Shown here piece by piece: positions 50,801 to 64,000 of a stretch of DNA of 64,000 nt. The translations under genes were made by a program, and so were the position numbers. This DNA comes from Eledone cirrhosa (Eukaryota): positions 241,428,001-241,492,000 of the forward strand of contig OZ024741.1 of NCBI GenBank assembly GCA_964016885.1, read 5' to 3'. How positions within the stretch are numbered: position 1 is the stretch's first letter; each line of letters starts with the position of its first letter. Below the pieces are notes generated by a model, which ran no database searches, was not told where the DNA came from, and saw nothing but the letters and a program-made list of their open reading frames with translations.

Positions 50801-53800
50801 AAACGGGGTACCCAAATAGAAAACGGACCCGCCCCATAAAAAAACGGGGCACCCAAATAAAAAACGGACCCCCCCATAAAAAAACGGGTCACCCAAATAG
50901 AAAACGGACCCCCCCCCCATAAAAAAAACAGGGCACCCAAATAAAAAACGGGGGACCGAAATAAAAACGGATCCCCCATAAAAAAACGGGCCACCCAAAT
51001 AAAAAACGGGGTACCCAAATAAAAAACGGACCCCCCCCCATAAAAAAATGGGGCACCCAAATAATAAACGGACCCCCCATAAAAAACGGGGTACCCAAAT
51101 AAAAAACGGACCCCCCATAAAAAAAACGGGGCACCCAAATAAAAAACTGACCACCCCTAAAAAAACGGTTCACCCAAATAAAAAACGGACCCCCCCCATA
51201 AAAAAACGGACCCCCCATAAAAAAACGGGGCACCCAAATAAAAAACGGACCCCCATAAAAGAACGGGGCACCCAAATAAAAAACGGGGTACCCAAATAAA
51301 AAACTGACCCCCCCTAAAAAAACGGTTCACCCAAATAAAAAACGGACCCCCCCCCTAAAAAAACGGGGCACCCAAATAAAAAACGGGGCACCCAAATAAA
51401 AAACGGACCCCCCCATAAAAAAACGGGGCACCCAAATAAAAAACGGACCCCCCCATAAAAAAACGGGGCACCCAAATAAAAAACGGACCCCCCCATAAAA
51501 AAACGGGGCACCCAAATAAAAAACAGACCCCCCCATAAAAAAACGGGACACCTAAATAAAAAACGGGGTACCCAAATAGAAAGGGGGTGCCCAAATAAAA
51601 AACGGACCCCCCCATAAGAAAACGGGGCACCCAAATAAAAAACGGGGCACCCAAATAAAAAACGGACCCCCCCATAAAAAAACGGGTCACCCAAATAAAA
51701 AACGGACCCCCCCTAAATAAACGGTTCACACAAATAAAAAACGGACCCCCCCATAAAAAAACGGGGCGCCCAAATGAAAAGGGGGTGCCCAAATAAAAAA
51801 CGGACCCACCCCCATAAAAGAACGGGGCACCCAAATAAAAAACGGACCCCCCCATAAAAAAACGGGGCACCCAAATAAAAAACGGGGTACCCAAATAGAA
51901 AACGGACGCCTCCCCCATAAAAAAACGGGGCACCCAAATAAAAAACGGGGTACCCAAATAAACAACGGGGCACCCAAATAAAAAACGGACCCCCCCCATA
52001 AAAGAAAGGGGCAACCAAATAAAAAACGCCCCCCCCCATAAAAAAACGGGGCACCCAAATAAAAAACGGGGTACCCAAATAGAAAACGGACCCGCCCCAT
52101 AAAAAAACCGGGGCACCCAAATAAAAAACGGACCCCCCCCCCATAAAAAAAACAGGGCACCCAAATAAAAAACGGGGTACCGAAATAAAAACGGATCCCC
52201 GATAAAAAAACGGGCCACCCAAATAAAAAACGGGGTACCCAAATAAAAAACGGACCCCCCCCATAAAAAAACGGTCACCCAAATAAAAAACGTACCCCCC
52301 CCCCCATAAAAAAATGGGGCACCCAAATAAAAAACGGACCCCCCATAAAAAAAACGGGGCACCCAAATAAAAAACTGACCACCCCTAAAAAAACGGTTCA
52401 CCCAAATAAAAAACGGACCCCCCCCCCATAAAAAAACGGGGCACCCAAATAAAAAGGGGGTGCCCAAATAAAAAACGGACCCACCCCCATAAAAAAACGG
52501 GGCACCCAAATAAAAAACGGACCCCCCATAAGAAAACGGGGCACCCAAATAAAAAACGGGGTACCCAAATAAAAAACGGGGCACCCAAATAAAAAACGGG
52601 GTACCCAAAGAAAAAACGCCCCTCCCCCCATAAAAAAACGGGGCACCCAAATAAAAAGACGGACCCCCCCCCCATAAAAAGACGGGGCACCCAAATAAAG
52701 AATGGGGTACCCAAATAAAAAACGGACCCGCCCCATAAAAAAAGGGGGCACCCAAGTAAAAAACGGACCCCCCCATAAAAAAACGGACCACCCCCATGAA
52801 CGGGGCACCCAAATAAAAAACGGGGTACCCAAATAAAAAACTGACCCCCCCTAAAAAAACGGTTCACCCAAATAAAAAACGGACCCCCCCCATAAAAAAA
52901 CGGGGCACCCAAATAAAAAACGGGGCACCCAAATAAAAAACGGGGCACCCAAATAAAAAACGGGGCACCCAAATAAAAAACGGGGTACCCAGATAAAAAA
53001 CGGACTCCCCCATAAAAAAATGGGGCACCCAAATAAAAAACGGACCCCCCCATAAAAAAACGGGGCACCCAAATAAAAAACGGACCCCCCCATAAAAAAA
53101 CGGGGCACCCAAATAAAAAACGGGGCACCCATAAAAAAACGGGGCACCCAAATAAAAAACGGACCCCCCATAAAACAACGGGGTACCCAAATAAAAAACG
53201 GACCCCCCCATAAAAAAACTGGCCACCCAAATAAAAAACGGACCCCCCATAAAAAAACGGGGCACCCAAATAAAAAACGGACCCCCCATAAAAAAACGGG
53301 GCACCCAAATAAATAACGGGGTACCCAAATAAAAAACGGACCCCCCATAAAAAAAACGGGGCACCCAAATAAAAAACGGACCCCCCATAAAAAAACGGGT
53401 CACCCAAATAAAAAACTGACCACCCCTAAAAAAACGGTTCACCCAAATAAAAAACGGACCCCCCCATAAAAAACGGGGCACCCAAATAAAAAGGGGGTGC
53501 CCAAATAAAAAACGGACCCACCCCCATAAAAAAACGGGGTACCCAAATAAAAAACGGGGCACCCAAATAAAAAACGGGGTACCCAAAGAAAAAACGCCCC
53601 TCCCCCCATAAAAAAACGGGGCACCCAAATAAAAAGACGGACCCCCCCTATAAAAAGACGGGGCACCCAAATAAAGAATGGGGTACCCAAATAAAAAACG
53701 GACCCGCCCCATAAAAAAAGGGGGCACCCAAGTAAAAAACGGACCCCCCCATAAAAAAACGGGGTACTCAGATGAAAAACGGACCACCCCCATAAAAAAA

Positions 53801-56800
53801 CGGGGCACCCAAATAAAAAACGGAGTACCCAAATAAAAAACGGACCCCCCCCATAAAAAAACGGGGCACCCAAATAAAAAACGGGGTACCCAAATAAAAA
53901 ACGGGACACCCAAATAAAAGAACGGGGCACCCAAATAAAAAACGGGGTACCCAAATAAAAAACTGACCCCCCTAAAAAAACGGTTCACCCAAATAAAAAA
54001 CGGACCCCCCCCCATAAAAAAACGGGGCACCCAAATAAAAAACGGGGCACCCAAATAAAAAACGGGGCACCCAAATAAAAAACGGACCCCCCATAAAAAA
54101 ACGGGGTACCCAAATAAAAAACGGACCCCCCCATAAAAAAACTGGCCACCCAAATAAAAAACGGACCCCCCATAAAAAAACGGGGCACCCAAATAAAAAA
54201 CGGACCCCCCATAAAAAAACGGGGCACCCAAATAAATAACGGGGTACCCAAATAAAAAACGGACCCCCCATAAAAAAAACGGGGCACCCAAATAAAAAAC
54301 GGACCCCCCATAAAAAAACGGGTCACCCAAATAAAAAACTGACCACCCCTAAAAAAACGGTTCACCCAAATAAAAAACGGACCCCCCCCATAAAATACGG
54401 GGCACCCAAATAAAAAGGGGGTGCCCAAATAAAAAACGGACCCACCCCCATAAAAAAACGGGGCACCCAAATAAAAAACGGACCCCCCATAAGAGAACGG
54501 GGCACCCAAATAAAAAACGGGGTACCCAAATAAAAAACGGGGCACCCAAAGAAAAAACGCCCCTCCCCCCATAAAAAAACGGGGCACCCAAATAAAAAGA
54601 CGGACCCCCCCCATAAAAAGACGGGGCACCCAAATAAAGAATGGGGTACCCAAATAAAAAACGGACCCGCCCCATAAAAAAAGGGGGCACCCAAGTAAAA
54701 AACGGACCCCCCCATAAAAAAACGGGGTACTCAGATGAAAAACGGACCACCCCCATAAAAAAACGGGGCACCCAAATAAAAAACGGAGTACCCAAATAAA
54801 AAACGGACCCCCCCATAAAAAAACGGGGCACCCAAATAAAAAACGGGGTACCCAAATAAAAAACGGGACACCAAATAAAAGAACGCGGCACCCAAATAAA
54901 AAACGGGGTACCCAAATAAAAAACTGACACCCCCTAAAAAAACGGTTCACCCAAATAAAAAACGGACCCCCCCCATAAAAAAACGGGGCACCCAAATAAA
55001 AAACGGGGCACCCAAATAAAAAACGGGGCACCCAAATAAAAAACGGGGCACCCAAATAAAAAACGGGGTACCCAAATAAAAAACGGACTCCCCCATAAAA
55101 AAATGGGGCACCCAAATAAAAAACGGACCCCCCCATAAAAAAACGGGGCACCCAAATAAAAAACGGACCCCCCCATAAAAAAACGGGGCACCCAAATAAA
55201 AAACGGGGCACCCATAAAAAAACGGGGCACCCAAATAAAAAACGGACCCCCCATAAAAAAAAAGGGGTACCCAAATAAAAAACGGACCCCCCCATAAAAA
55301 AACTGGCCACCCAAATAAAAAACGGACCCCCCATAAAAAAACGGGGCACCCAAATAAAAAACGGACCCCCCATAAAAAAGCGGGGCACCCAAATAAAAAA
55401 CGGGGCACCCAAATAAAAAACGGACCCCCCCATAAAAAGACGGGTCACCCAAATAAAAAACTGACCACCCCTAAAAAAACGGTTCACCCAAATAAAAAAC
55501 GGACCCCCCCCATAAAAAAACGGGGCACCCAAATAAAAAGGGGGTGCCCAAATAAAAAACGGACCCACCCCCATAAAAAAACGGGGCACCCAAATAAAAA
55601 ACGGACCCCCCATAAGAAAACGGGGCACCCAAATAAAAAACGGGGTACCCAAATAAAAAACGGGGCACCCAAATAAAAAACGGGGTACCCAAAGAAAAAA
55701 CGCCCCTCCCCCCATAAAAAAACGGGGCACCCAAATAAAAAGACGGACCCCCCCCATAAAAAGACGGGGCACCCAAATAAATAATGGGGTACCCAAATAA
55801 AAAACGGACCCGCCCCATAAAAAAAGGGGGCACCCAAGTAAAAAACGGACCCTCCCATAAAAAAACGGGGTACTCAGATGAAAAACGGACCACCCCCATA
55901 AAAAAAACGGGGCACCCAAATAAAAAACGGAGTACCCAAATAAAAAACGGACCCCCCCATAAAAAAACGGGGCACCCAAATAAAAAACGGGGTACCCAAA
56001 TAAAAAACGGGACACCCAAATAAAATAACGGGGCACCCAAATAAAAAACGGGGTACCCAAATAAAAAACTGACCCCCCCTAAAAAAACGGTTCACCCAAA
56101 TAAAAAACGGACCCCCCCCATAAAAAAACGGGGCACCCAAATAAAAAACGGGGCACCCAAATAAAAAACGGGGCACCCAAATAAAAAACGGGGCACCCAA
56201 ATAAAAAACGGTGTACCCAAATAAAAAACGGACTCCCCCATAAAAAAATGGGGCACCCAAATAAAAAACGGACCCCCCCATAAAAAAACGGGGCACCCAA
56301 ATAAAAAACGGACCCCCCCATAAAAAAACGGGGCACCCAAATAAAAAACGGGGCACCCATAAAAAAAACGGGGCACCCAAATAAAAAACGGACCCCCCAT
56401 AAAAAAACGGGGTACCCAAATAAAAAACGGACCCCCCCATAAAAAAACTGGCCACCCAAATAAAAAACGGACCCCCCATAAAAAAACGGGGCACCCAAAT
56501 AAAAAACGGACCCCCCATAAAAAAACGGGGCACCCAAATAAATAACGGGGTACCCAAATAAAAAACGGACCCCCCATAAAAAAAACGGGGCACCCAAATA
56601 AAAAACGGACCCCCCCATAAAAAAACGGGTCACCCAAATAAAAAACTGACCACCCCTAAAAAAACGGTTCACCCAAATAAAAAACGGACCCCCCCCCATA
56701 AAAAAACGGGGCACCCAAATAAAAAGGGGGTGCCCAAATAAAAAACGGACCCACCCCCATAAAAAAACGGGGCACCCAAATAAAAAACGGACCCCCCATA

Positions 56801-59800
56801 AGAAAACGGGGCACCCAAATAAAAAACGGGGTACCCAAATAAAAAACGGGGCACCCAAATAAAAAACGGGGTACCCAAAGAAAAAACGCCCCTCCCCCCA
56901 TAAAAAAACGGGGCACCCAAATAAAAAGACGGACCCCCCCATAAAAAGACGGGGCACCCAAATAAAGAATGGGGTACCCAAATAAAAAACGGACCCGCCC
57001 CATAAAAAAAGGGGGCACCCAAGTAAAAAACGTACCCCCCCATAAAAAAACGGGGTACTCAGATGAAAAACGGACCACCCCCATAAAAAAACGGGGCACC
57101 CAAATAAGAAACGGAGTACCCAAATAAAAAACGGACCCCCCCATAAAAAAACGGGGCACCCAAATAAAAAACGGGGTACCCAAATAAAAAACGGGACACC
57201 CGAATAAAAAACGGGGCACCCAAATAAAAAGGGGGTGCCCAAATGAAAAACGGACCCACCCCCATAAAAAAACGAGGCACCCAAATAAAAAACGGACCCC
57301 CCCATAAGAAAACGGGGCACCCAAATAAAAAACGGGGTACCCAAATAGAAAACGGACGCCTCCCCCATAAAAAAACGGGGCACCCAAATAAAAAACGGAC
57401 CCCCCCATAAAAAAACGGGGCACCCAAATAAAAAACGGGGTACCCAAATAGAAAACGGACCCGCCCCATAAAAAAACGGGGCACCCAAATAAAAAACGGA
57501 CCCCCCATAAAAAAACGGGGCACCCAAATAAAAAACGGGGTACCCAAATAAAAAACGGACCCCCCCCATAAAAAAACGAGGCACCCAAATAAAAAACGGG
57601 GTACCGAAATAAAAACGGATCCCCCATAAAAAAACGGGCCACCCAAATAAAAAACGGGGTACCCAAATAAAAAACGGACCCCCCCATAAAAAAACGGTCA
57701 CCCAAATAAAATCGGACCCCCCCCATAAAAGAACGGGCCACCCAAATAAAAAACGGACCCCCCATAAAAAACGGGGCACCCAAATAAAAAACGGGGTACC
57801 CAAATAAAAAACGGACCCCCCATGAAAAAACGGGGCACCCAAATAAAAAACGAACCCCCCCATAAAAAAACGGGTCACCCAAATAAAAAACTGACCACCC
57901 CTAAAAAAACGGTTCACCCAAATAAAAAACGGACCCCCCCCATAAAAAAACGGGGCACCCAAATAAAAAGGGGGTGCCCAAATAAAAAACGGACCCACCC
58001 CCATAAAAAAACGGGGCACCCAAATAAAAAACGGACCCCCCATAAGAAAACGGGGCACCCAAATAAAAAACGGGGTACCCAAATAAAAAACGGGGCACCC
58101 AAATAAAAAACGGGGTACCCAAAGAAACCCCCCCCCATAAAAAAACGGGGCACCCAAATAAAAAAACGGACCCCCCCCCATAAAAAGACGGGGCACCCAA
58201 ATAAAGAATGGGGTACCCAAATAAAAAACGGACCCGCCCATAAAAAAAGGGGGTACTCAGATGAAAAACGGACCACCCCCATAAAAAAACGGGGCACCCA
58301 AATAAAAAACGGAGTACCCAAATAAAAAACGGACCCCCCCATAAAAGAACGGGGCACCCAAATAAAAAACGGGGTACCCAAATAAAAAACGGGACACCCA
58401 AAGAAAAAACGGGGCACCCAAATAAAAAGGGGGTGCCCAAATGAAAAACGGACCCACCCCCATAAAAAAACGAGGCACCCAAATAAAAAACGGACCCCCC
58501 ATAAGAAAACGGGGCACCCAAATAAAAAACGGGGTACCCAAATAGAAAACTGACGCCTCCCCCATAAAAAAACGGGGCACCCAAATAAAAAACGGACCCC
58601 CCCCATAAAAAAACGGGGCACCCAAATAAAAAACGGGGTACCCAAATAGACAACGGGGCACCCAACTAAAAAACGGGGTACCCAAATAAAAAACGGACCC
58701 CCCCATAAAAAAACGGTCACCCAAATAAAATCGGACCCCCCCCCATAAAAGAACGGGGCACCCAAATAAAAACGGACCCCCCATAAAAAACGGGGCACCC
58801 AAATAAAAAACGGGGTACCCAAATAAAAAACGGACCCCCCATAAAAAAACGGGGCACCCAAATAAAAAACGGACCCCCCCATAAAAAAACGGGTCACCCA
58901 AATAAAAAACTGACCACCCCTAAAAAAACGGTTCACCCAAATAAAAAACGGACCCCCCCATAAAAAAACGGGGCACCCAAATAAAAAGGGGGTGCCCAAA
59001 TAAAAAACGGACTCACCCCCATAAAAAAACGGGGCACCCAAATAAAAAACGGACCCCCCATAAGAAAACGGGGCACCCAAATAAAAAACGGGGTACCCAA
59101 ATAAAAAACGGGGCACCCAAATAAAAAACGGGGTACCCAAAGAAAAAACGGCCCCCCCCCCATAAAAAAACGGGGCACCCAAATAAAAAAACGGACCCCC
59201 CCCTATAAAAAGACGGGGCACCCAAATAAAGAATGGGGTACCCAAATAAAAAACGGAGTACCCAAATAAAAAACGGACCCCCCCATAAAAAAACGGTGCA
59301 CCCAAATAAAAAACGGGGTACCCAAATAAAAAAGGGGTGCCCAAATGAAAAACGGACCCACCCCCATAAAAAAACGAGGCACCCAAATAAAAAACGGACC
59401 CCCCCATAAGAAAACGGGGCACCCAAATAAAAAACGGGGTACCCAAATAGAAAACGGACGCCTCCCCCATAAAAAAACGGGGCACCCAAATAAAAAACGG
59501 ACCCCCCATAAAAAAACGGGGCACCCAAATAAAAAACGGGGTACCCAAATAAACAACGGGGCACCCAAATAAAAAACGGGGCACCCAAATAAAAAACGGA
59601 CCCCCCCATAAAAAAACGGGGCAACCCAATAAAAAACGCCCCCCCCCCCATAAAAAAACGGGGCACCCAAATAAAAAACGGGGTACCCAAATAGAAAACG
59701 GACCCGCCCCATAAAAAAACGGGGCACCCAAATAAAAAACGGACCCCCCCATAAAAAAACGGGGCACCCAAATAAAAAACGGGGTACCCAAATAAAAAAC

Positions 59801-62800
59801 GGACCCCCCCCCATAAAAAAACGAGGCACCCAAATAAAAAACGGGGTACCGAAATAAAAACGGATCCCCCATAAAAAAACGGGGCACCCAAATAAAAAAC
59901 GGGGTACCCAAATAAAAAACGGACCCCCCATAAAAAAACGGGGCACCCAAATAAAAAACGGACCCCCCATAAAAAAACGGGTCACCCAAATAAATAACTG
60001 ACCACCCCTAAAAAAACGGTTCACCCAAATAAAAAACGCCCCCCCCATAAAAAAACGGCGCACCCAAATATAAAACGGACCCCCCCATAAGAAAACGGGG
60101 CACCCAAATAAAAAACGGGGTACCTAAATAGAAAACGGACGCCCCCCCATAAAAAAACGGGGCACCCAAATAAAAAACGGACCCCCCCATAAAAAAACGG
60201 GGCACCCAAATAAAAAACGGGGTACCCAAATAAAAAACGGACCCCCCCCATAAAAAAACGAGGCACCCAAATAAAAAACGGGGTACCGAAATAAAAACGG
60301 ATCCCCCATAAAAAAACGGGGCACCCAAATAAAAAACGGGGTACCCAAATAAAAAACGGACCCCCCATAAAAAAACGGGGCACCCAAATAAAAAACGGAC
60401 CCCCCATAAAAAAACGGGTCACCCAAATAAATGACTGACCACCCCTAAAAAAACGGTTCACCCAAATAAAAAACGCCCCACCCATAAAAAAACGGCGCAC
60501 CCAAATATAGAACGGACCCCCCCATAAGAAAACGGGGCACCCAAATAAAAAACGGGGTACCTAAATAGAAAACGGACGCCCCCCCATAAAAAAACGGGGC
60601 ACCCAAATAAAAAAAGGACCCCCCCATAAAAAAACGGGGCACCCAAATAAAAAACGGACCCCCCCATAAAAAAACGGGGCACCTAAATAAAAAACGGGGT
60701 ACCCAAATAAAAAGGGGGTGCCCAAATAAAAAACGGACCCACCCCCATAAAAAAACGGGGCACCCAAATAAAAAACGGACCCCCCCCATAAAAAAACGGG
60801 GCACCCAAATAAAAAACGGGGTACCCAAATAAAAAACGGACCCACCCCATAAAAAAACGGGGCACCCAAATAAAAAACGGACCCCCCCATAAAAAAGCGG
60901 GGCACCCAAATAAAAAACGGGGTACCCAAATAAAAAACGGACCCCCCCATAAAAAAACGGGGTACCCAAATAAAAAACGGGGCACCCAATTAAAAAACGG
61001 ACCCCGCCCATAAAAAAACGGGGCACCCAAATAAAGAACCGGGTACCCAAATAAAAAACGGACCCGCCCCATAAAAAAACGAGACACCCAAATAAAAAAA
61101 CGGACCCCCCATAAAAAAAACGGGGCACCCAAATAAGAAACGGGGTACCCAAATAAAAAACGGGGCACCCAAATAAAAAACGGGGTACCCAAATAAAAAA
61201 CGGGGTACCCAAATAAAAAACGAACCCCACCCATAAAAAAACCGTGCACCCAAATAAAAAAACGGACCCCCCATAAAAAAACGGGGCACCCAAACAAAAA
61301 ACGGAGTACCCAAATAAAAAACGGAACCCCCCATAAAAAAACGGGGCACCCAAATAAAAAACGGGGTACCCAAATAAACAACGGGGCACCCAAATAAAAA
61401 ACGGGGCACCCAAATAAAAAACGGACCCCCCCATAAAAAAACGGGACAACCCAATAAAAAACGTCCCCCCCCCCCCATAAAAAAACGGGGCACCCAAATA
61501 AAAAACGGGGTACCCAAATAGAAAACGGACCCGCCCCATAAAAAAACGGGGCACCCAAATAAAAAACGGACCCCCCCATAAAAAAACGGTGCACCCAAAT
61601 AAAAAACGGGGTACCCAAATAAAAAACGGACCCCCCCCCCATAAAAAAACGAGGCACCCAAATAAAAAACGGGGTACCGAAATAAAAACGGATCCCCCAT
61701 AAAAAAACGGGCCACCCAAATAAAAAACGGGGTACCCAAATAAAAAACGGACCCCCCCATAAAAAAACAGTCACCCAAATAAAATCGGACCCCCCTCCAT
61801 AAAAGAACGGGGCACGCAAATAAAAAACGGACCCCCCCATAAAAAAACGGTGCACCCAAATAAAAAACGGGGTACCCAAATAAAAAACGGACCCCCCCAT
61901 AAAAAAACAGTCACCCAAATAAAATCGGACCCCCCTCCATAAAAGAACGGGGCACCCAAATAAAAAACGGACCCCCCATAAAAAACGGGGAACCCAAATA
62001 AAAAACGGGGTACCCAAATAAAAAACGGACCCCCCATAAAAAAACGGGGCACCCAAATAAAAAACGGACCCCCCCATAAAAAAACGGGTCACCCAAATAA
62101 ATAACTGACCACCCCTAAAAAAACGGTTCACCCAAATAAAAAACGCCCCCCCCCCCATAAAAAAACGGGGCACCCAAATAAAAAGGGGGTGCCCAAATAA
62201 AAAACGGACCCACCCCCATAAGAAAACGGGGCACCCAAATAAAAAACGGGGTACCTAAATAGAAAACGGACGCCCCCCCATAAAAAAACGGGGCACCCAA
62301 ATAAAAAACGGACCCCCCATAAAAAAACGGGGCACCCAAATAAAAAACGGACCCCCCCATAAAAAAACGGGGCACCTAAATAAAAAACGGGGTACCCAAA
62401 TAAAAAGGGGGTGCCCAAATAAAAAACGGACCCAACCCCATAAAAAAACGGGGCACCCAATTAAAAAACGGACCCCCCCATAAGAAAACGGGGCACCCAA
62501 ATAAAAAACGGGGTACCCAAATAGAAAACGGACCCCCCCCCATAAAAAAACGGGGCACCCAAATAAAAAACGGACCCCCCATAAAAAAACGGGGCACCCA
62601 AATAAAAAACGGACCCCCCCCCCATAAAAAAACGGGGCACCCAAATAAGAAAAAGGGTACCCAAATAAAAAACGGACCCACCCCATAAAAAAACGGGGCA
62701 CCCAAATAAAAAACGGACCCCCCCATAAAAAAACGGGGCACCCAAATAAAAAACGGGGTACCCAAATAAAAAACGGACCCCCCCATAAAAAAACGGGGTA

Positions 62801-64000
62801 CCCAAATAAAAAACGGGGCACCCAATTAAAAAACGGAACCCGCCCATAAAAAAACGGGGCACCCAAATAAAGAACCGGGTACCCAAATAAAAAACGGACC
62901 CGCCCCATAAAATAACGGGACACCCAAATAAAAAAACGGACCCCCCATAAAAAAACGGTGCACCCAAATAAGAAACGGGGTACCCAAATAAAAAACGGGG
63001 CACCCAAATAAAAAACGGGGTACCCAAATAAAAAACGGGGTACCCAAATAAAAAAACGAACCCCACCCATAAAAAAACCGGGCACCCAAATAAAAAAACG
63101 GACCCCCCATAAAAAAACGGGGCACCCAAACAAAAAACGGAGTACCCAAATAAAAAACGGAACCCCCCATAAAAAAACGGGGCACCCAAATAAAAAAAAG
63201 ACCCCCCCATAAAAAAGGGGGCACCCAAATAAAATACGGGATACCCAAATAAAAAACGGACCCCCCCCCATAAAAAAACGGAGCACCCAAATAAAAAACG
63301 GACCCCCCATAATAAAACGGGGTACCCAAATAAAGAACGCGGCACCCAAATAAAAAACGGGGTACCCGAAGAAAAAACGCCCCCCCCCATAAAAAAACGT
63401 GGCACCCAAATAAAAAATGGGGTACCCAAATAAAAAACGGACCCGCCCCATAAAAAAAGGGGCACCCAAGTAAGAAACGGACCCCCCCATAAAAAAAGGG
63501 GTACCCAAATAAAAAACGGGGCACCCAAATAAAAAACGGGGTACCCAAAGAAAAAACGCCCCCCCCCCCATAAAAAAACGGGGCACCCAAATAAAAAAAC
63601 GGACCCCCCATAAAAAAACGGGGTACCCAGATGAAAAACGGACCACCTCCATAAAAAAACGGGGCACCCAAATAAAAAACGGGGTACCCAAATAAAAAAC
63701 GGACCCCCCCATAAAAAAACGGGGCACCCAAATAAAAAATGGGGTACCCAAATAAAAAACGGACCCCCCATAAAACAACGGGGCACCCAAATAAAAAACG
63801 GACCCCCCCATAAAAAAACGGGTCACCCAAATAAAAAACGGACCACCCCTAAATAAAAGGTTCACCCAAATAAAAAACGGACCCCCCCATAAAAAAACGG
63901 GGCACCCAAATAAAAAGGGGGTGCCCAAATGAAAAACGGACCCACCCCCATAAAAAAACGGGGCACCCAAATAAAAAACGGACCCCCCCCCCATAAGAAA
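32828..64000. repeat. 20-bp satellite, over 31 kb, open at the window end
   Basis: Three main monomers: A CGGGGCACCCAAATAAAAAA, B CGGGGTACCCAAATAAAAAA and C CGGA(C)nATAAAAAAA. Pure A runs show an exact 20-bp period (for example 41440-41550). Confidence 0.98.

Noticed and set aside
32779-63994. Giant minus-strand ORFs (up to 5304 aa, GAPFFIWVPRFLFGCPVFYL repeats)
   Set aside because: The monomer has no stop triplet in any minus frame, so all three frames are open at once. The 20-bp unit and variable homopolymers constantly shift frame, and there is no unique domain.
32828-64000. CRISPR-like array or telomeric repeat
   Set aside because: There are no unique spacers and no cas genes, and the context is eukaryotic. 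There are no TTAGGG-type units.

Overview
This is a eukaryotic, almost entirely non-coding, heterochromatin-like window. Its interspersed repeats resemble cephalopod (Octopus-type) SINEs and MITEs as I recall them; this is not database-checked. Three large tandem arrays make up about 90% of it: a GGT/GAT triplet-derived satellite (1-7157), a 76-bp GTT/ACT satellite (9660-31577) and a 20-bp CGGGGCACCCAAATAAAAAA satellite (32828-64000, running off the end). Each has kb-scale higher-order duplications. Between the arrays lie a nest of SINEs and MITEs (7.5-9.65 kb) and a TA-microsatellite/direct-repeat junction (31.6-32.8 kb). The clearest discrete element is a 1876-bp non-autonomous LTR retroelement inserted in the 76-bp satellite (25188-27063), with 293-bp LTRs, a GTGT target-site duplication and a polypurine tract. 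Its tRNA-Trp primer-binding site is abnormally long (about 31 nt), is mismatched exactly opposite tRNA position 58 (m1A58), and is followed by a second PBS. Nearly all long ORFs in the track are artefacts of repeat composition, and no recognisable protein-coding gene is supported.
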